Notes: a model not told the origin generated them from the sequence alone. A stretch of DNA of 64,000 nucleotides from Octopus sinensis (GCF_006345805.1 NC_042997.1:208072001-208136000); one strand, 5' to 3'. Shown: positions 12,375 through 26,681, counted from the first letter of the stretch. Numbers and translations are program-made.

Positions 12375-13400
12375 AAGTGAGAAAAATATTGGTTTCAAAG
12401 CTAAATGCTAGAAACATAACTCTGGCAATGAACTTGGCAATATGCTGGAATTCTGAAGTGGACAGAGTAGGAGTTGGAGAGGAAGACAAGAAAGCTCATA
12501 ACGATGATGCATGGAAGCCATCATCCATGTGCAGACACAGATCACCTAGACACGAAGAGAGCAAAAAGAGGAAAAGGGACGAGATACCTAGCCGAAAGTA
12601 AGGAAACCTTGCTAGTGGCAGCTAGGAATGAGGGAGTATTGAGAGCAGAGAGAAAAAAGGGAAAACAATGAAAGAAGTACAAAAGGGACGTGAAGAAGGG
12701 AGTACATAATTAGTTCCATGTAACCACAACAGAAGTTGCAGGAAAACCTAAATGGGATTGACTGAAGAAAGGAACACTGAAAAAAAGAGGCCGAGAGCAG
12801 CAACATACTGGCAGTGCAAGGCCAAACTTTGGCCATGAATTAAAGGGTGAACCTTAGGAATGAGCAAGTGTCTTTGCTGTGCCGCATCTGTAACAGAGTG
12901 GTTACAACCATTACCCACATTATGAATGAATGCCTTAGACTTGCCCAAATTGTGCCACTACAAATTGTGGCAACATGATAATTAGTGAAAGTGCTACATT
13001 GGAAACTGTATGAAAAGTGGGGGTTAGAGAGAGGCAAGACATGGGATGAGTATAAGCTTCAGAGAGTGGGGGAGTTGGAGACTTGTAAAATCCTCTGGGA
13101 CCTCTCAATCCAAACCGATCAGGTGCTAAAGCATAAAAAAAGACTGGGCCCAGTGGTTGTGGAGAAGATGCACCACATGTGCTACATAGTTAATGTTGCA
13201 TGTCCCTTTGACCCATGGATAGTCAAGGACGAAGGTAAAAGAAAAGTACATATATACAATCATCAAAGTACGGCTATAGGAATGATGGAAGTGAAAGTAG
13301 TACCAATTGTTATTGGGTCCTTGGGGACATTTCTGGAAGGCATCAAGGGAAGTATAAAGGAAATTAGAATAGAGTGCCCAGTAGAAATGTTAAAGTAGTG
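12375..13400 (+). mobile_element. R4/Dong-like restriction-like-endonuclease LINE, 3' fragment
   Basis: VLHWKLYEKWGL, KILWDLSIQTDQVL, IVNVACPFD and VVPIVIGSLG resemble the RLE domain of R4/Dong-type elements. Confidence 0.75.
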
Positions 13401-13490
13401 TGCAGCAAGCCCACTATGCATGCAAGACTGTGATAAAAAGAATAATAATAAAATTTGTTAAAGCAAAATGTTTCTTTCATATATGAAGCA

Positions 13491-14630
13491 CTAGCTGTTG
13501 TACCCGGTAATTCCTTGGGGTAAAGATGTTCTATTGAAATGCCTTATTACTCTGATATAAGAAAGCAATTTCGTTATAACTGCAACAAAAGGTGTACTTT
13601 CCTCCTGGAGGAGGGAGAGGTTTCCGGAGGTTGGCAAGAAAGAATGTCGGAGGTTGGTGAAAGAGGTTGTCGGATGTTGGCAAGGGACAAAGACATTATT
13701 CTGCTTAGCGAAGGCATCTGAGAAATGTATAACTGCTGTCATTCACAGTAAAAAACTATTGTTTTACCGTGAGAAAAGAGTTGTTGAAGTGTTAAGTGAA
13801 ATTTGGCAATTGAGGATCGAATCCATGCTATGTCAGCATGAAGCCACTACAAATATTGTGTGGAAAAAAATTTATGTACTGTCATGGAAAAAGTGTATCT
13901 GTAAAAATGCGGAATTATCGGAGTAATGGGCATTCAAAAAAGTAAGTATGTATGTATAGAAATGTATGAATGAAGTTTTTAAGGTTTAAGATTCAAATAA
14001 AGGAAGTGCAATAATAATGTTTAGTAGTTCAAAACTGTGAGTAGTGAAATGCAGAATTAGGTCAGCTGATCATGAGAATCAAATATTGATCACTTTGCTA
14101 AAATTTGCAGGTGGTATGGGTTATTTCCCTTGGATTGTTTAAATAAAATATTAGTAATATATAGTAGATTGAAAGATCCATTGGAAGGGCCCTATTATTG
14201 ATTTTTTTCAACAATCTAAGTATGTCACGAGGTTTCCAGACATGAATTCTACTCACGTGTCAAATAAAGTATAAAAGTAATATTGTCTGCAAAAATTAGA
14301 AATAGGACACACAAAAAATCAATATTCAAAGTATTCGAACATAAACACTGAAATGGGTTATTTCCCTTGAGTGTTTAAAAAAATACTGTATAGGTGCTAT
14401 GGGCTATTTCCCTTGGATGTTTAAAAAAGTAGTCATATGAGGTAGATATAAAGGTCCCTTCCAGGGGCTGCATTATCAATTTTTTTCAACAATCTAAGTA
14501 TGTCTCGGAGTTTCCAGGCATGAGTTCTACTCACACATCAAGTTTCATCGAAATTGATAAAACGATATAGGAGGAGTTAGCTAACAACGTCACAAACAAA
14601 CAAACACCGATTTTCCACATATGTAGTAGA
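13491..14630 (-). mobile_element. Non-autonomous Helitron
   Basis: Minus strand starts TC at 14630 and ends cccaaggaattaccggg hairpin followed by CTAG at 13491; inserted between A and T with no TSD; internal direct repeats. Confidence 0.75.
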
Positions 14631-14899
14631 TAATTGCTGTTAGACATGTTACCACAACACAAGCATAAAACAGATAACGTAAAAAGGTGGAACTACAATA
14701 TCCCTACACAAATTGTGAGTACAAATATAAACCTCAACTGATCACAAATGCATTCTCATCTCCACACATGTACCGACGACTGTGTATACAAGTCACACAT
14801 GGACAAAACATCGACTACACAGTATTTAAATTGCTTAGATAAATAAATAATAATAATAATGGTGGTAATAATGATGATGATACTAGTAGTAATATCCTC

Positions 14900-16283
14900 T
14901 TTGCCACTTATGTGGAAATTATCGACTGGAATACTCGCAGAGTCAATGTAAGAACGTCTGGAAAAAAATGGAGTCCTCACACATGAGCAGAAGGGTTGCA
15001 AGTATAAGTGCAGAAGTATCAAGGATCAACTCCTGATAGATAAAAATGTACTCAGAGACTGCAAGAAGAGGAAAAGTAACTTAGCTATGTCATGGATCGA
15101 CTATCGTAAGGCATATGTTATGATTCCACGTTCTTGGATTACCTATTTGGTAATGCATCAAGTGTTGAGCGATTGCTTGGTAAAAGTATGGCGAATTGGA
15201 GGACGGACCTGACAGTATACAGAAGAAGTTTAGGGACAGGAGAAATTAGGAGGGGCATCTTCCAAGGGGACTGTCTGTCCCCACTGATCTTTGTAAGGTG
15301 CTTGATACCACTAACACTGATTCTGAGGAAAGCAAAGGCTGGGTGTGTATTCAAAAGCTGCCAGCAAAAAGTCAACCATTTGTTATTCATGGATGAACTC
15401 AAACTTTTTGGTAAAGATGAAGCCCAAGTCAGTTCCATCTTTTCATATGGTGTATACATTCAGTGCTGATATCAGAATGGAGTTCGGACTGAGAAAGTGT
15501 GGTGTGTTAGAATTGAAGAGAGGCAAAATCAAATGTATGGACGGACTAACAATACCGTTGGGGGGGTTTGTGAAGCAGATAGAAGAGACAGGCTATAAAG
15601 TACTTGGAGATTTTGGAAATGGATAAACTGATGGAGAAAGAAATGACAGAAACATCTAAGGTGGAGTACTTGCACAGACTGAGACTGCTCCTAAAGTTGA
15701 AATTAAGTGGACGGAATAAGATCGAAGCTATCAAGACCTGGGTGGTTTCACTCCTTAGATATGGAGCAGGGATAATCGCATGGACAGTAGACGAACTAAA
15801 CAGCTGAGATAGAAAGACAAGGAAGTTGCTAACTAGATATGAGACACTCCACCCAAAAAGTGACACAGACAGACTGTATGTACCAAGAAAAAGAGGGGGA
15901 AGAGGACTTATTGGATGTGAACACAGCATTAGAGCAGAAGAAAACAACATAGCATAGTATGTAAAAAAATGCCACACAATCGCTATTATAAAAAGTAAAA
16001 AGGTCAGGCTTGTGTAGAATGAAAGATTGCAAAGATAAAGCACTATACAAGCAATTGAAAATAGGTGGGTAAAGAAAAGAATGCATGGACAATTTGATAG
16101 AGATGTTGAAGATAAGACAGACAGAGAAAAAAGATGGGTGTGGATGACTAAAAGTGATTCAAAACCGGAAACAGAGGTTCTAGTCTGTGCTGCCCAAGAG
16201 GAAGCACTAAGAACAAACTACATAAAATACAGAATAGACAATACAGCAGAAAGTGATAAGTGCAAAATTTGTGGACAAAATGG
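14900..16283 (+). mobile_element. R4/Dong-like RLE LINE, RT region, decayed
   Basis: [40 protein letters not shown] and MHGQF...CAAQEEALRTNYIK; abuts (AAT)n. Confidence 0.85.
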
Positions 16284-16284
16284 C

Positions 16285-16337
<53 letters not shown>

Positions 16338-16374
16338 CAATAATGATAATAATAATAATAATAACAATAATAAT
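16285..16374. repeat. (AAT)n microsatellite, also the tail of the adjacent Tx1 element
   Basis: About 30 AAT units read directly. Confidence 0.95.
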
Positions 16375-16375
16375 A

Positions 16376-19300
16376 CTTTCTTTATTGGCTACCAAGGCTA
16401 AATACAAAACATAAAGGATGATTCTACAAGGGTTAGTGGGGTTAAACGTCTAAATAGCAAAACAAAACAACAATTAACAAAGAGATTAAACGAACAATGT
16501 TCTTCTCCAATAGGGAGGAGTTCCACCGAAGAGTGAGCAAAAGAACATCACACCCTTTGGACCCCCTAATACCAAAGGTACCTCATGTAGGCACCCCTCT
16601 CCTCCTCATTCCATCCGGCCTACAGACCCACACTTAGAGTAGGCCCATTCACGTGGGCCATTCTTGACATATTCACCCACCTTTCAACAAACTTACTGAG
16701 TGACAGTTCTTACCCCTCCAGTCTCAATTTCCTTTGCAGGAGGAACTTGAAAGGTCAATTGAGGCCTTGGCCAAAGAGGAAGGTACCTGTCTTCAACTCT
16801 TTCAATTGTGTCCACCACACAACCACTTTCAATAGCCACCACACAGAGAAAAACTGTCCTTCCCAGCCAAAGGAAAGAGGTGGGATGATCTTCATGATGG
16901 ACTTGGATGATAGCTAAATCTGTCTTACATGTGACAATAACTGTTTGACAAAAGTTTATAAGTCAGCAATGCGTGGACACTGTAGGAGAGCATACAGAAC
17001 GGATTCATTGCTCCACTGGCATCTCATACATGCTCATCTGACTGCACACCTGTGCCTGTAGAGCTTATTGTGAACTGGCAGACCCCCCTGGTAGCACTGC
17101 CAGGTCATGGATTTCTGGAAGTTGTCCATAAGCCCTGGCCCAAAAATCTTCTGAAAGAGACCAGCCAGTGGATCCCTCTCAACACCCAAAACCTCTGTGA
17201 CAACGTCGCACCTCTTGCCATCTACTAATCCCCTATAGAACTCCAAAGTGGAACTTCCACTGACTGCATCACCCCACTAGCCAAGGGTTGTTAGCACATG
17301 GAGACACTCTAGGTGCTAAGCATCCTTCTTCGGTCTACGCCTGATCCAGGACTGTTGCCCCATCAAAGAGACAATCTGTGGAAAAGTGCATCCAACAAAT
17401 GGTGACCACACCTACTCACTGTTCAGGTATTTCTGGAGATGTTGCAGCCTCAGCACATGTCTGTGCATCATGAGCCATAGCATACCCAGTCCACCATGCA
17501 ATGAGTTCTGACAGCAAATGGATCATCTGACAAGTGGTACATGCCCCTTCCACAGGAAGCAGAAGAGGAAGCCCACCAGCCTGTTCAGCTATGAAGCAGC
17601 GCATGGGTCGTCGACAGTCAGGTAGTAGTATATGATGGATGGGATGTACGTATTTGTCACCTCCTCCCGACCTTTCAGGGATAGCTTCCTCTCCGCTCAT
17701 TTGTGGTTGAGACTGGTTACCCTGTCTGTCATTTCACCCTAGTTTGTGTCCACTTGGAGGTCCACATCAAGCCAGACCAACTTAATCAGTCCTTCCATCA
17801 AACACCCCGCAATGCTGTCACTCGGCAAGGGCCTGCCTCTCCAGGAGCCGAGCTGCAGGCTCACTGACTTCTAGCTAATCACTGCTCCTGTCATCGCTTC
17901 ATATTCCATTAGGATAGTGTCAACCATTTTGATTTCCAAGACATCCAACACTATCATGGTAACATCGGCCGCATATGAACTTTCCGTATCTTAGTTCACA
18001 AGGGAAGCCCCTTGAAACATCCAACACCTGCAGTAATGGCTTGAGTACCAGTATGTAGAGAAGGGGTGAGAGTGGATATCCTTGACAGACTAAGCATGCG
18101 ATGCTAAATGATTCCGACATGTGGCCATTTACTTTGACCTCCGAACAGATGTCGCTGTACATTGTAGCAGTCCAGCCTCTGAAAACAGGACCAAAACCAG
18201 CTGCTTCAAGGACAGCTTCCAAGTACTGATGGTAAACCCATTTGAAAGCTTTCAATTGATCCAAATTGATCAGGGCCCCTCCCATGCCAGGTTCTTTACC
18301 AACCTTCTCTATGATGTATTGCATGAGGTAGAGGTTGTCATGGATAGATCTGTTGGGAATAGTGCAAGGCTGCACATTACCCACCAATCTGTCAATGACA
18401 AGTGTCAACTTCTTTGCTAAAACCTTAGTCAAAATTTTGAAAAATGCAGAGTTACAGTCCTAAAGTTATCAACAATGTCACCCTTGTTTGGATCCTTTCT
18501 CAGTAGTACCACTACACCTCAGCTCACAGACCTGTGTATTCTTACATTCTGCTGCCAGTTGCGGTAGACACCCTACAAAAGCTCACCAAACTAGTCTGGA
18601 ATATAAAGCTTGAAGGGCAAACCATCCTATCCCAGAGACTTTTCCCTCATGCAACTAGCCAATGCATCACATATATTCTTCAGCTGTAATTGGCATTTTG
18701 CAGAACTCAACCTTCCTGGATGAAAGCCATGACAGAGCATCAAGTGGGGAAGTGAAGTTCACCTCCACCTCCAGACTACCACATGTCCCATACAGTTCAG
18801 CAAAGTGCCACTGAAATTCTGCACAAATCTGCTTGCACTCGTGTAGCATCTACCTGTCCCACCTCTCAAAGACTGAACTGAAGTTTCATTACCACATAGC
18901 ACCTCAGCCACCCAGTGCCATCGAACAGCTTTCATTCCTTCCTGTTTTAGAGCATGTGCCCTAGCTCTCACAATGCAACCTTTATGCTTGGTGTTGAAGA
19001 ATTGGTTCAGAACCAATCTCGCTACCAGCACATCGGTCACTATGCTTCTACTGAGTGCCTCTTCCAATATCTTAACTAGATCTCCCTCTACTCTAGTCTT
19101 CTTTATCACTAGTTGTCTGCTAAATTTTACAACTTCTACTGTAACCCCCCATTTTAGGGCCACCCACCATCGGTTGTTGACAACTGCACCTGTCAACTTT
19201 CGATGGACCAACCTGCTAAGTCAGTATCTGAAAGCTTAATGTGCTGGGAAGGACGTATTCTGCTTCCAGTATCCGGGACCCTGCCTATGAAGCAGGTCAA

Positions 19301-22210
19301 CCAGACAGATCTGTATGGTCAACCATACAGATCTGTATGGTTGACCCTAGGTCAACCATACAGATCACAAATTTGTGATCTGTGTAGCTGATGAGTTCAA
19401 ATTGTGGACAGCCTTTGCTATCCCTATCTGCTGGCCTACAAAATATCCAACACTGTTTACCTATGTCCACACTGGAGCAATCAGGAAATCCAGTCTGGAC
19501 CTGTCAGCCAGGTGGAAACAACTGAGTAGGTTTGCAAAGCTTGTGCACCCATTTTCCTATCCATTAGCCATGCCTAGTACACACATGCATCCAAGATGGT
19601 GTTCCAGTCGCACACTAACACTAATGAGTGAGACAACCCTAGAAAAACATCAAAAGATTTGAAGAAATTCGGCTGTTCGATCCAGAAATTCAGCTGTCCC
19701 GATATACAGTGACCAGTCTGAAAGCACTGTCTCAATTATCATTCATGCCCAGGACCACCGACTTGCCTTCCAGGTCCAGGAAGACCAACTGTATCTCAAG
19801 ATCCAGGCCTTTCCTGAACAACACCCACCCACTATTCCTGGTTGACTAAGAGATGCAAACATCTCAAAATAGTCAAAAATGGGTACTAAGGTGTGTGCCT
19901 CCATGATGCTGGTCTCACTGATGGCTATTACATTTAAATTCAGCCACCTGAGGTCATTGAGCAAGTGACCTTGCTTCCAGGATGACCTCACCACATACAT
20001 TAATGCGACCCACTCTTAGCACTGCCATATTGGCCTAAAAGAAAGGAAAGAAAGATGAGGAGTGTTACTTAACCTCCTGGTGCTGTTGGAGATCACGTGG
20101 TCCCACCTCTATTTCTTTGTTGGTCTGCGTTGGGAACCCTTATAGAATCGTTGTATTGGCATTTACTTGAGAGATTCCTACATCGTCTAGAAGGGCATCC
20201 CTAATTGTTTGGAAAGTGTCCAAATCCATCCTCCCCATCATTAAGTCTTTTGGCACATGGCATGTGTTAGTCCAGAAGATTCTTCCCCCCCCCCTACCTT
20301 TTCCAATGATTCTCCTTTGTGATAAGATGGCCATCAGTTCTTTGCTGGCCCTCCTTACTAACACAGAGTGAGCTGCCTGTGTCACTGTTTTTTGCTGTTC
20401 TTGTTGCGTTGGTGGTGTAAGTTTGCTTTTGGGATTTTTTTCCTGTCTGCAGTGGAGTTCTTGGTGCTTGTGGCGCTTTAGTTGATGATTGTGATGCTGC
20501 AGGAGTTGTCTGGGTGTGTGTGTGTGTGTGTGTGTAGTTCCTTTGCTATCTTGTTTTGGTGCAGGGTAAGATGTCTTGCCTTTGTGACTTCTTTTCGGTT
20601 GTTTTTCTAGTTTACTCTGATCCCTGTCCTCATCACCTTTCATTGTGGTAGAACCAGTGTCTGTTTTAACCTCCTCCGCTCTCCTGTGCAAGTGAATTCG
20701 TGTTTGTATGTGTATCTTTTTTCTGCATGCTTGTCTGTCAGTGGTGGGGTTGTTGAGGCTGGTTACAAGGTGTTGGTTTTCATGGTTGACCTCTCCGACG
20801 GTTTTCCTGCTGGTGCTGTTGTTACACCTGCCGCCACCATTGTTGCTGTTTTTGCCGCCTTTCCTGTTGTTCATGGTGATGTCTTTTGTTTTCCCAGCCT
20901 TAATCAACGGAAGGTCCCCACATCCCTGTAACGTTTTGATGAGGGCAGCATGCTTGTAGGTGTGTTGCATCACCACAAGCAAAGCAATGAGTCATACAGC
21001 GCTCAGTGATCAAATGTAATTTCGTCCCCTCTTTGAGGCAGACATGGTCTGGGATGTTCTCCAAGGCTTATGGTTTTATTTGGATTAGCAATTCCAAATC
21101 CATCCCAATCTTGTCTTCTCTTTGCATCCGTTGAACTTTAAGGAGGAAGGTGTTGCTGCTCTCCACAATCACACATCTCAACCACCTCCAGATATTGATA
21201 CCTTGTGTTACTCTGGGGATTCAAACTTTTATTGTTTGTGGTGCCCATGTAGGGCAGGCACATTATAAGCTGGTCAGTTTTACCGGGTCCCAATGAATAC
21301 TTCATGGCCAGCTCTTCTGTTTTAAAAAGGGCCGAGATGGTGCCAAAACTCAGGGCCCTTCTTGATTGACCTCAGTACCATCTCCACTTGAAGAAGGTGT
21401 GAGTGTTGTTCTGCACTCCGAGTCTGTACTGAGACACACTTATACTTCACTGTTCTCTTCTCAGTTTCTACCTCTACTTTGGCTGGGATTGCAAGGTTAG
21501 CCCAGGTTCTTTCTCTTTTGATGAGTTTGTGCGCCAGGGTTAACATCTGTTTCTTTGTTGGCGGTGTCTATCTCATAGTACTTTTGTTGGCATTTCGCAG
21601 CTGTTGCAAAGGTCCTTGTTCTGCTCTCACAGTTGATGGTGGTGATGGAATCGTTCATGCTGTTACTGCTATTGTTACTCCTAAATACAAACATCTCTCT
21701 GTTGCTCGTGTTGGCGTTGGTATTGGTTGTGTTCTCATTGATGTTTTTGTTGTTGTTTTTCTGTTATGCTTCTCTGCTCTGTGTTGTTGGAGTTGTTAAT
21801 TTCTGTGTTGATATCAGCTATCATTTCATTTCCCACATTATTCCTGTTTGGGGAGTTGGCAGTTACATTTTCATTATCTATTCGACTATCGAGTGAATGT
21901 GTGTTCTCCATTGTGTCGCTTTCCTCTGTTGTGATACTTCTTTATTCTTGCGAATACTTTTATCGCTATCCATAGAGTCTGTGGTGCTTTTGAATTTGTT
22001 ATCAATTTTGTTCCTGAAATTGTTTCTTGTGTCAGTGAAAATTGCATTTTCATGATGTTTCCTGCTGGCACAAACTGGTTTGTTTTGCGTTAGAAAGATA
22101 CACACCTCCACACCATTTTTCATTTGCAAATGTATAAACATTTCATAAATTCTAATATTTGGCCACAAAGCCCCAATATTATTCAATTCTTTTAGGGGGG
22201 GGGTCAAAGA
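16376..22210 (-). mobile_element. Tx1/L1-clade LINE, near full length, decayed
   Basis: LLNDLRWLNLNVIAISET (APE), GAVVNNRWW, RSIHDNL, GGALINLDQLKAF and QGYPLSPLLY are homologous to the element at 49020-54556; ORF1 remnants at 20140-22000; AATAAA then (TAT)n at the 3' end. Confidence 0.88.
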
Positions 22211-22412
22211 CTATTGGCTTATGCTCCCATTTAAACAATAATATAAAAGGAGTCAGTAGTTTTGATAACAAAAATACCTGTCAAGCTTCCAGCCTTCCAA
22301 CTGCTAGTAGTAGTAGTAGTAGTAGTAGTAGTATAATAATAATAAATTTGTCAATCTACTTCATTTGGTTAATATATAAAGGACTTTGATAGCATGCACT
22401 GCTCTCTCACTC

Positions 22413-22449
<37 letters not shown>

Positions 22450-22454
<5 letters not shown>

Positions 22455-22970
22455 GAGCTCAATGCTAAAAACAAACTTTAGCCATCCCAGTTATAAGTTA
22501 CAGCTACAATATCCTTAACTGGACACTAAATGAACTGACCACAAAAGGAAAAAAAAACAAGAAAAATGATGACAGGATCTAGGATGCACCACCCAAAATC
22601 TGACATAGAAAGGCTATATATACAATGTATAGAAGGTGTTAGAGGCCTTATACAGCTGGAAAACTACTATAAAATAACCACCATAGGACTGCAAAAATAC
22701 CTACTTCAGAAGCAAAGAAAACTAATACAAATAGCCACAAAATACGAGCAAAACAAAAAAACAGTTTTCAGTCCTTAAGGAAGCTGACAAATACAAACAA
22801 GAAGTCATAGTACCTGACAACTATGAAGAAGAAGAAGAAACAACAAAAGCTATAAAACAAATGAAAACCAAACTAAAACTAGAACAGCAACGGACCATGA
22901 AAAAACGATGGCAAGAAAAGCCCGTTCATGGCAAGTACTGGGTTAAACTAAATGCAAAAGAAATAGACAC
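22450..22970 (+). mobile_element. R4/Dong-like LINE fragment between (AAT)n tracts
   Basis: MHHPKSDIERLY..GVRGLIQLE and WQEKPVHGKY; (AAT)n on both sides. Confidence 0.75.
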
Positions 22971-23019
22971 AAAGCTGTGCTCAGTAGTGAAGTGAAAGCA
23001 CGCTATAAAAATAAAACTA

Positions 23020-23085
<66 letters not shown>

Positions 23086-23097
23086 AATAATAATATT

Positions 23098-24135
23098 AAG
23101 AACACTCAGAAAGCGTGAACCTCCACCAAGACAACACCAAGGTCCTCTTAACGATTAGCCAGAGATGATTTCTAAAATGAGAATATCTCAAATAAACTCA
23201 ACTGCTCTCACAAACAAGAATATAAAAAATGAAACCAACCACTCTCTAAAATTAAGTAAAAAAAACTGGAAAAATAGTCCAGAATCCTTGTCTGGTACCG
23301 GATTGATTCCAGTGGTAGTCATGGAATGTGAAGGTAGGTGTGCAGGCTGTGTTTGTAATGCTGTATGTGTGTGTGCCTTCAGAAGTGGGAACAGGGACAG
23401 CTTTCTCTATGAAGGCATTTTTTTTAGTTTATCCACTGATATAGTGTCTCTTATGACCATTAAGATCTATAGTAAAAGATTTATCCATATGAGAAAGAAA
23501 ATGGAAAGGAATTCCATACAGTGCTGTTAACGGAGGTTTAATATCATTGGGCACAAAAATGTGAGTCCAAGGAGTAAAGTTTCCTTCAAGGCAGACCTAG
23601 AAATGCAATTGTCAAGAAGGTAAGAGGTTGTAAACAGGAGTGATATTTTCAAAATTGATAAAACTAAAAATTGTCGAGAATCAATTAAATTTATTATTGT
23701 TACTGAATACGTTAGTGTTATTTAATTTCTGAATGGTTTTGCTGTCGTTTGTTTATGTAGTTTGATTGCTTTATCCATCAGTTTCATGTAAAATTAATAA
23801 TAGAGACACAAAGATAAACCTCTGGAAACAGCAATGCTGCCAAAACATACGTGGAACCCATGAGCATACTTTCAAGGGAGATAATAAGAGAAAGACTTGA
23901 AAGTCAATATAAGATCGTAATACTTCATGTAAAGTAAATATAACAAACAATCCACAATCCTTATCTGGTACTGGATCAATCTCAAAATCTAATCAATCCA
24001 TGCCAGTCACAAGACCAAACATCCCTGAAAGTTTCATCTCAATCCATTCAGTGGTTCTTGAGATATCTTGTCCATGGTCAAACAAACAAACATGACTGAA
24101 AATAATACCTCTGCCTTCGCTAAGGTGAAGGTAAT
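23098..24135 (+). mobile_element. Helentron/HINE-like non-autonomous element, interrupted
   Basis: Body repeat atccttgtctggtaccggat / atccttatctggtactggat, aagtttcat motif, (CAAA)n and terminal stem-loop acctctgccttcgctaaggtgaaggt. Confidence 0.45.
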
Positions 24136-24218
24136 AATAACAATAACAATAATAATAATCAGTGATGTTTAATAGAGAAGACACCATAATATTCAATATC
24201 AACAAACAAATTGTTTAC

Positions 24219-24273
24219 CTTTTGAATGAGCTCCTTCATTTACTGGTTTATTTAGGAGATATTCCTCAAATTT
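24219..24273 (-). CDS. 55-bp linker exon of the macrodomain gene
   Basis: tttttacag acceptor and gtaaac donor, phase 0/1; KFEEYLLNKPVNEGAHSK+G bridges exon 43222 (phase-0 end) to exon 10502 (phase-1 start) and plausibly supplies the last macro helix. Confidence 0.8.
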
Positions 24274-25299
24274 CTGTAAAAATCAAAACCATGATTATCA
24301 TTTTTGTTTAAGTTTTTAATTTTTTTTAAAGAGAAGAGATTTAATTTAACAAAAGACAAACAAAATATTTAAAATATTTAATGATTTATTTCTAATCAGT
24401 AATAAGTAAATGAGGAAAATTACTTTTATCACTCAGATCAAAGATATTCCATCCATGGCCTTCCAGTCTACTGGGAGACATGGTATTATAGTGGATGTGG
24501 CAGAGAGACCTCTCACATGGCCACTGATGTGGTGTTAGTGAAGTTAAACATGTGGCCATGGTGTCTTCATGTAGCTGAAGTTGTATTGTTTCTTCTCTCC
24601 ACTCACCATTCTGATTAAAACTGCTGAGTCTTGTGTTTGCTGTTGAAATGTCTATCAAGAATGTTGAAGTTGAGGTCTTTGGTGCATCTTGTGTCCCCAA
24701 GAATATTTACAGCACAAAAGCAGAGTACAAGGTTATTATTTTCATATTGTAAGCAAGAAGGAGAAGGAGGAGGTGGAGGAGGTCCAACAATTAGGGTCAT
24801 GGTCATTCATAAGAGAGATGACAAAGGAAAAGAGAAAAGATTCAAAAAGAAAGAACTTCACAAACAGTTCTACAGTGGACAGGAATTTCCCCTATTTCTT
24901 CATTACAGCATATGGACATAAAGAAAACATTTTGGTATTAACACTGCTTCTGTTGCTATTAATTATATTTAATAAGCCTTCAGGCTATTTGTGACATCAG
25001 TGTCTATATATTTTTGACACAGAGATTTGGCTGTCATGTTGCTACAGGGCGTCTGTCACTGATGAACCTGAGCAGAGCGAAAATACGTGATCTGGCAGTT
25101 TTGGTGCCTGTAGCAGATGACTGACATCTACCAACAATATAAATATGAGTGCTTTTATGGACCGTGTGTCCATATGAGAGGGCCTCTCAAGGTAAATAAG
25201 GCAGTATTTGGTGTTCTAACACAACATCCACATTTAGTTGGACATAAAGATTGCTTCTTGTTACTAATGCTGCTTCTGTTGCTATTATTTTTAATTTCC

Positions 25300-25520
25300 T
25301 TGGTTTAGGTTCAGTCTCAATGTATGGCACCTTGAGCAAGTGTCTTTAACTACAGCTATAGACCAAACAAAGCCCTGGTAGGTAGAAAATGAGAGAAGCC
25401 TGTCATACATATTTGTTTGTGTCTCCTTGCCTTGACATTATGTGTTTCCTGTAAATGAGTGTCCCTGTTATGCAAGCGGTGTCCTTTGTTTCTAATATTT
25501 TGTGATGTTCTGTAAAATGC
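25300..25520 (+). mobile_element. SINE fragment
   Basis: ggttcagtc B-box-like motif and ggcaccttgagcaagtgtctt body, similar to the SINEs at 48586 and 60975. Confidence 0.6.
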
Positions 25521-25569
25521 GGAAATGTAGTTCTGGGTTAGGCACAGCATTCCCCAGATCCAACTGCCA

Positions 25570-25760
25570 CTGTATTCCCCAGATCTTTTCTCTCTTTCCA
25601 AACGCTTGAACTGAAAAAGATTCCAGGACATCGAAGAAGAGAATGCAATGAGGCAGCTGCGGATTATCCCAGAAAACGAGTTCCAGGAATGCTTCCATCA
25701 ATGGAAACAGCACAGGATTAAGTGTGTGGCTTCTGAAGGGGATTACTCTGAAGGAGATTA
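25570..25760 (+). mobile_element. mariner transposase C-terminal remnant
   Basis: YSPDL motif followed by EFQECFHQWK..KCVASEGDYSEGD and a stop. Confidence 0.8.
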
Positions 25761-26051
25761 AATGTTAAATTTACAAAGGACTGGCATCATGTCCAGGTGG
25801 GGAACATATACGCCAATGAAACTGGGAAACCGACCCTTATGAGCAAGGCATGGCTTTAGAAAGAACAACAACAACAACAAATGCAAAATTGGTACGTGTT
25901 CTAGTTTTGTTTTTACAACACCAGTCTTGATATTTATTCATTAGACCTTGCATATATATATATATAAATATATATATTGATAAAAATAGTAAGACAACAA
26001 AAGAAAGAAAGAGACCTCGATATTATGTAAATAGAGGAATTTATCTGTAAA

Positions 26052-26269
26052 TGCAATATGTGGCAATTATTCGGTAGCCAAGATAAAACTCTCAGTTTCA
26101 GATGCCGAGGTGAAAATCCACGCCACCCTCTCTTCAGTTATGCTATGAAAATTTTCATAGCATTTTTTCTGATGGCCAGGTAACTGAAGAGATGGTAGAG
26201 TGGATTTCCACCCCGGCATCCGAAACTCAGAGTTTTATCATGGCTACCAAATAATTGTCACATATTACA
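26052..26269. repeat. Palindromic element with ~89-bp arms and a hammerhead-like motif
   Basis: 26052-26140 is the imperfect reverse complement of 26181-26269; inner palindrome atgctatgaaaattttcatagcat. Confidence 0.85.
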
Positions 26270-26624
26270 GTTATATATATATGTATGTATGTATATGTAC
26301 AGCCAGTGGTTTGCCCTGTACCAAGGAAGGGAAATTACCCAAAAACCATTGGTCTGCAGGTACCACCAAGGCTGGAAGGGGACCATTAATTCCCTTGCAC
26401 ATAGTATACAGACACAGACTATGTACTGGTAGTCAGCTGGAAATTATGTTTTCCTGGGGCTAAACAGTAGTAATATCATCCTAAGCAGGACTGCCACTTT
26501 ATGTTGGTAAATAGACTTTACTTTAAAGAACTGTAACTAGATATCTCTCGTTCATCGATTTAAAATCAATTGTATTTCTCTTTACATATATATATATATA
26601 TGTATATGTATACATATATATATA

Positions 26625-26681
<57 letters not shown>

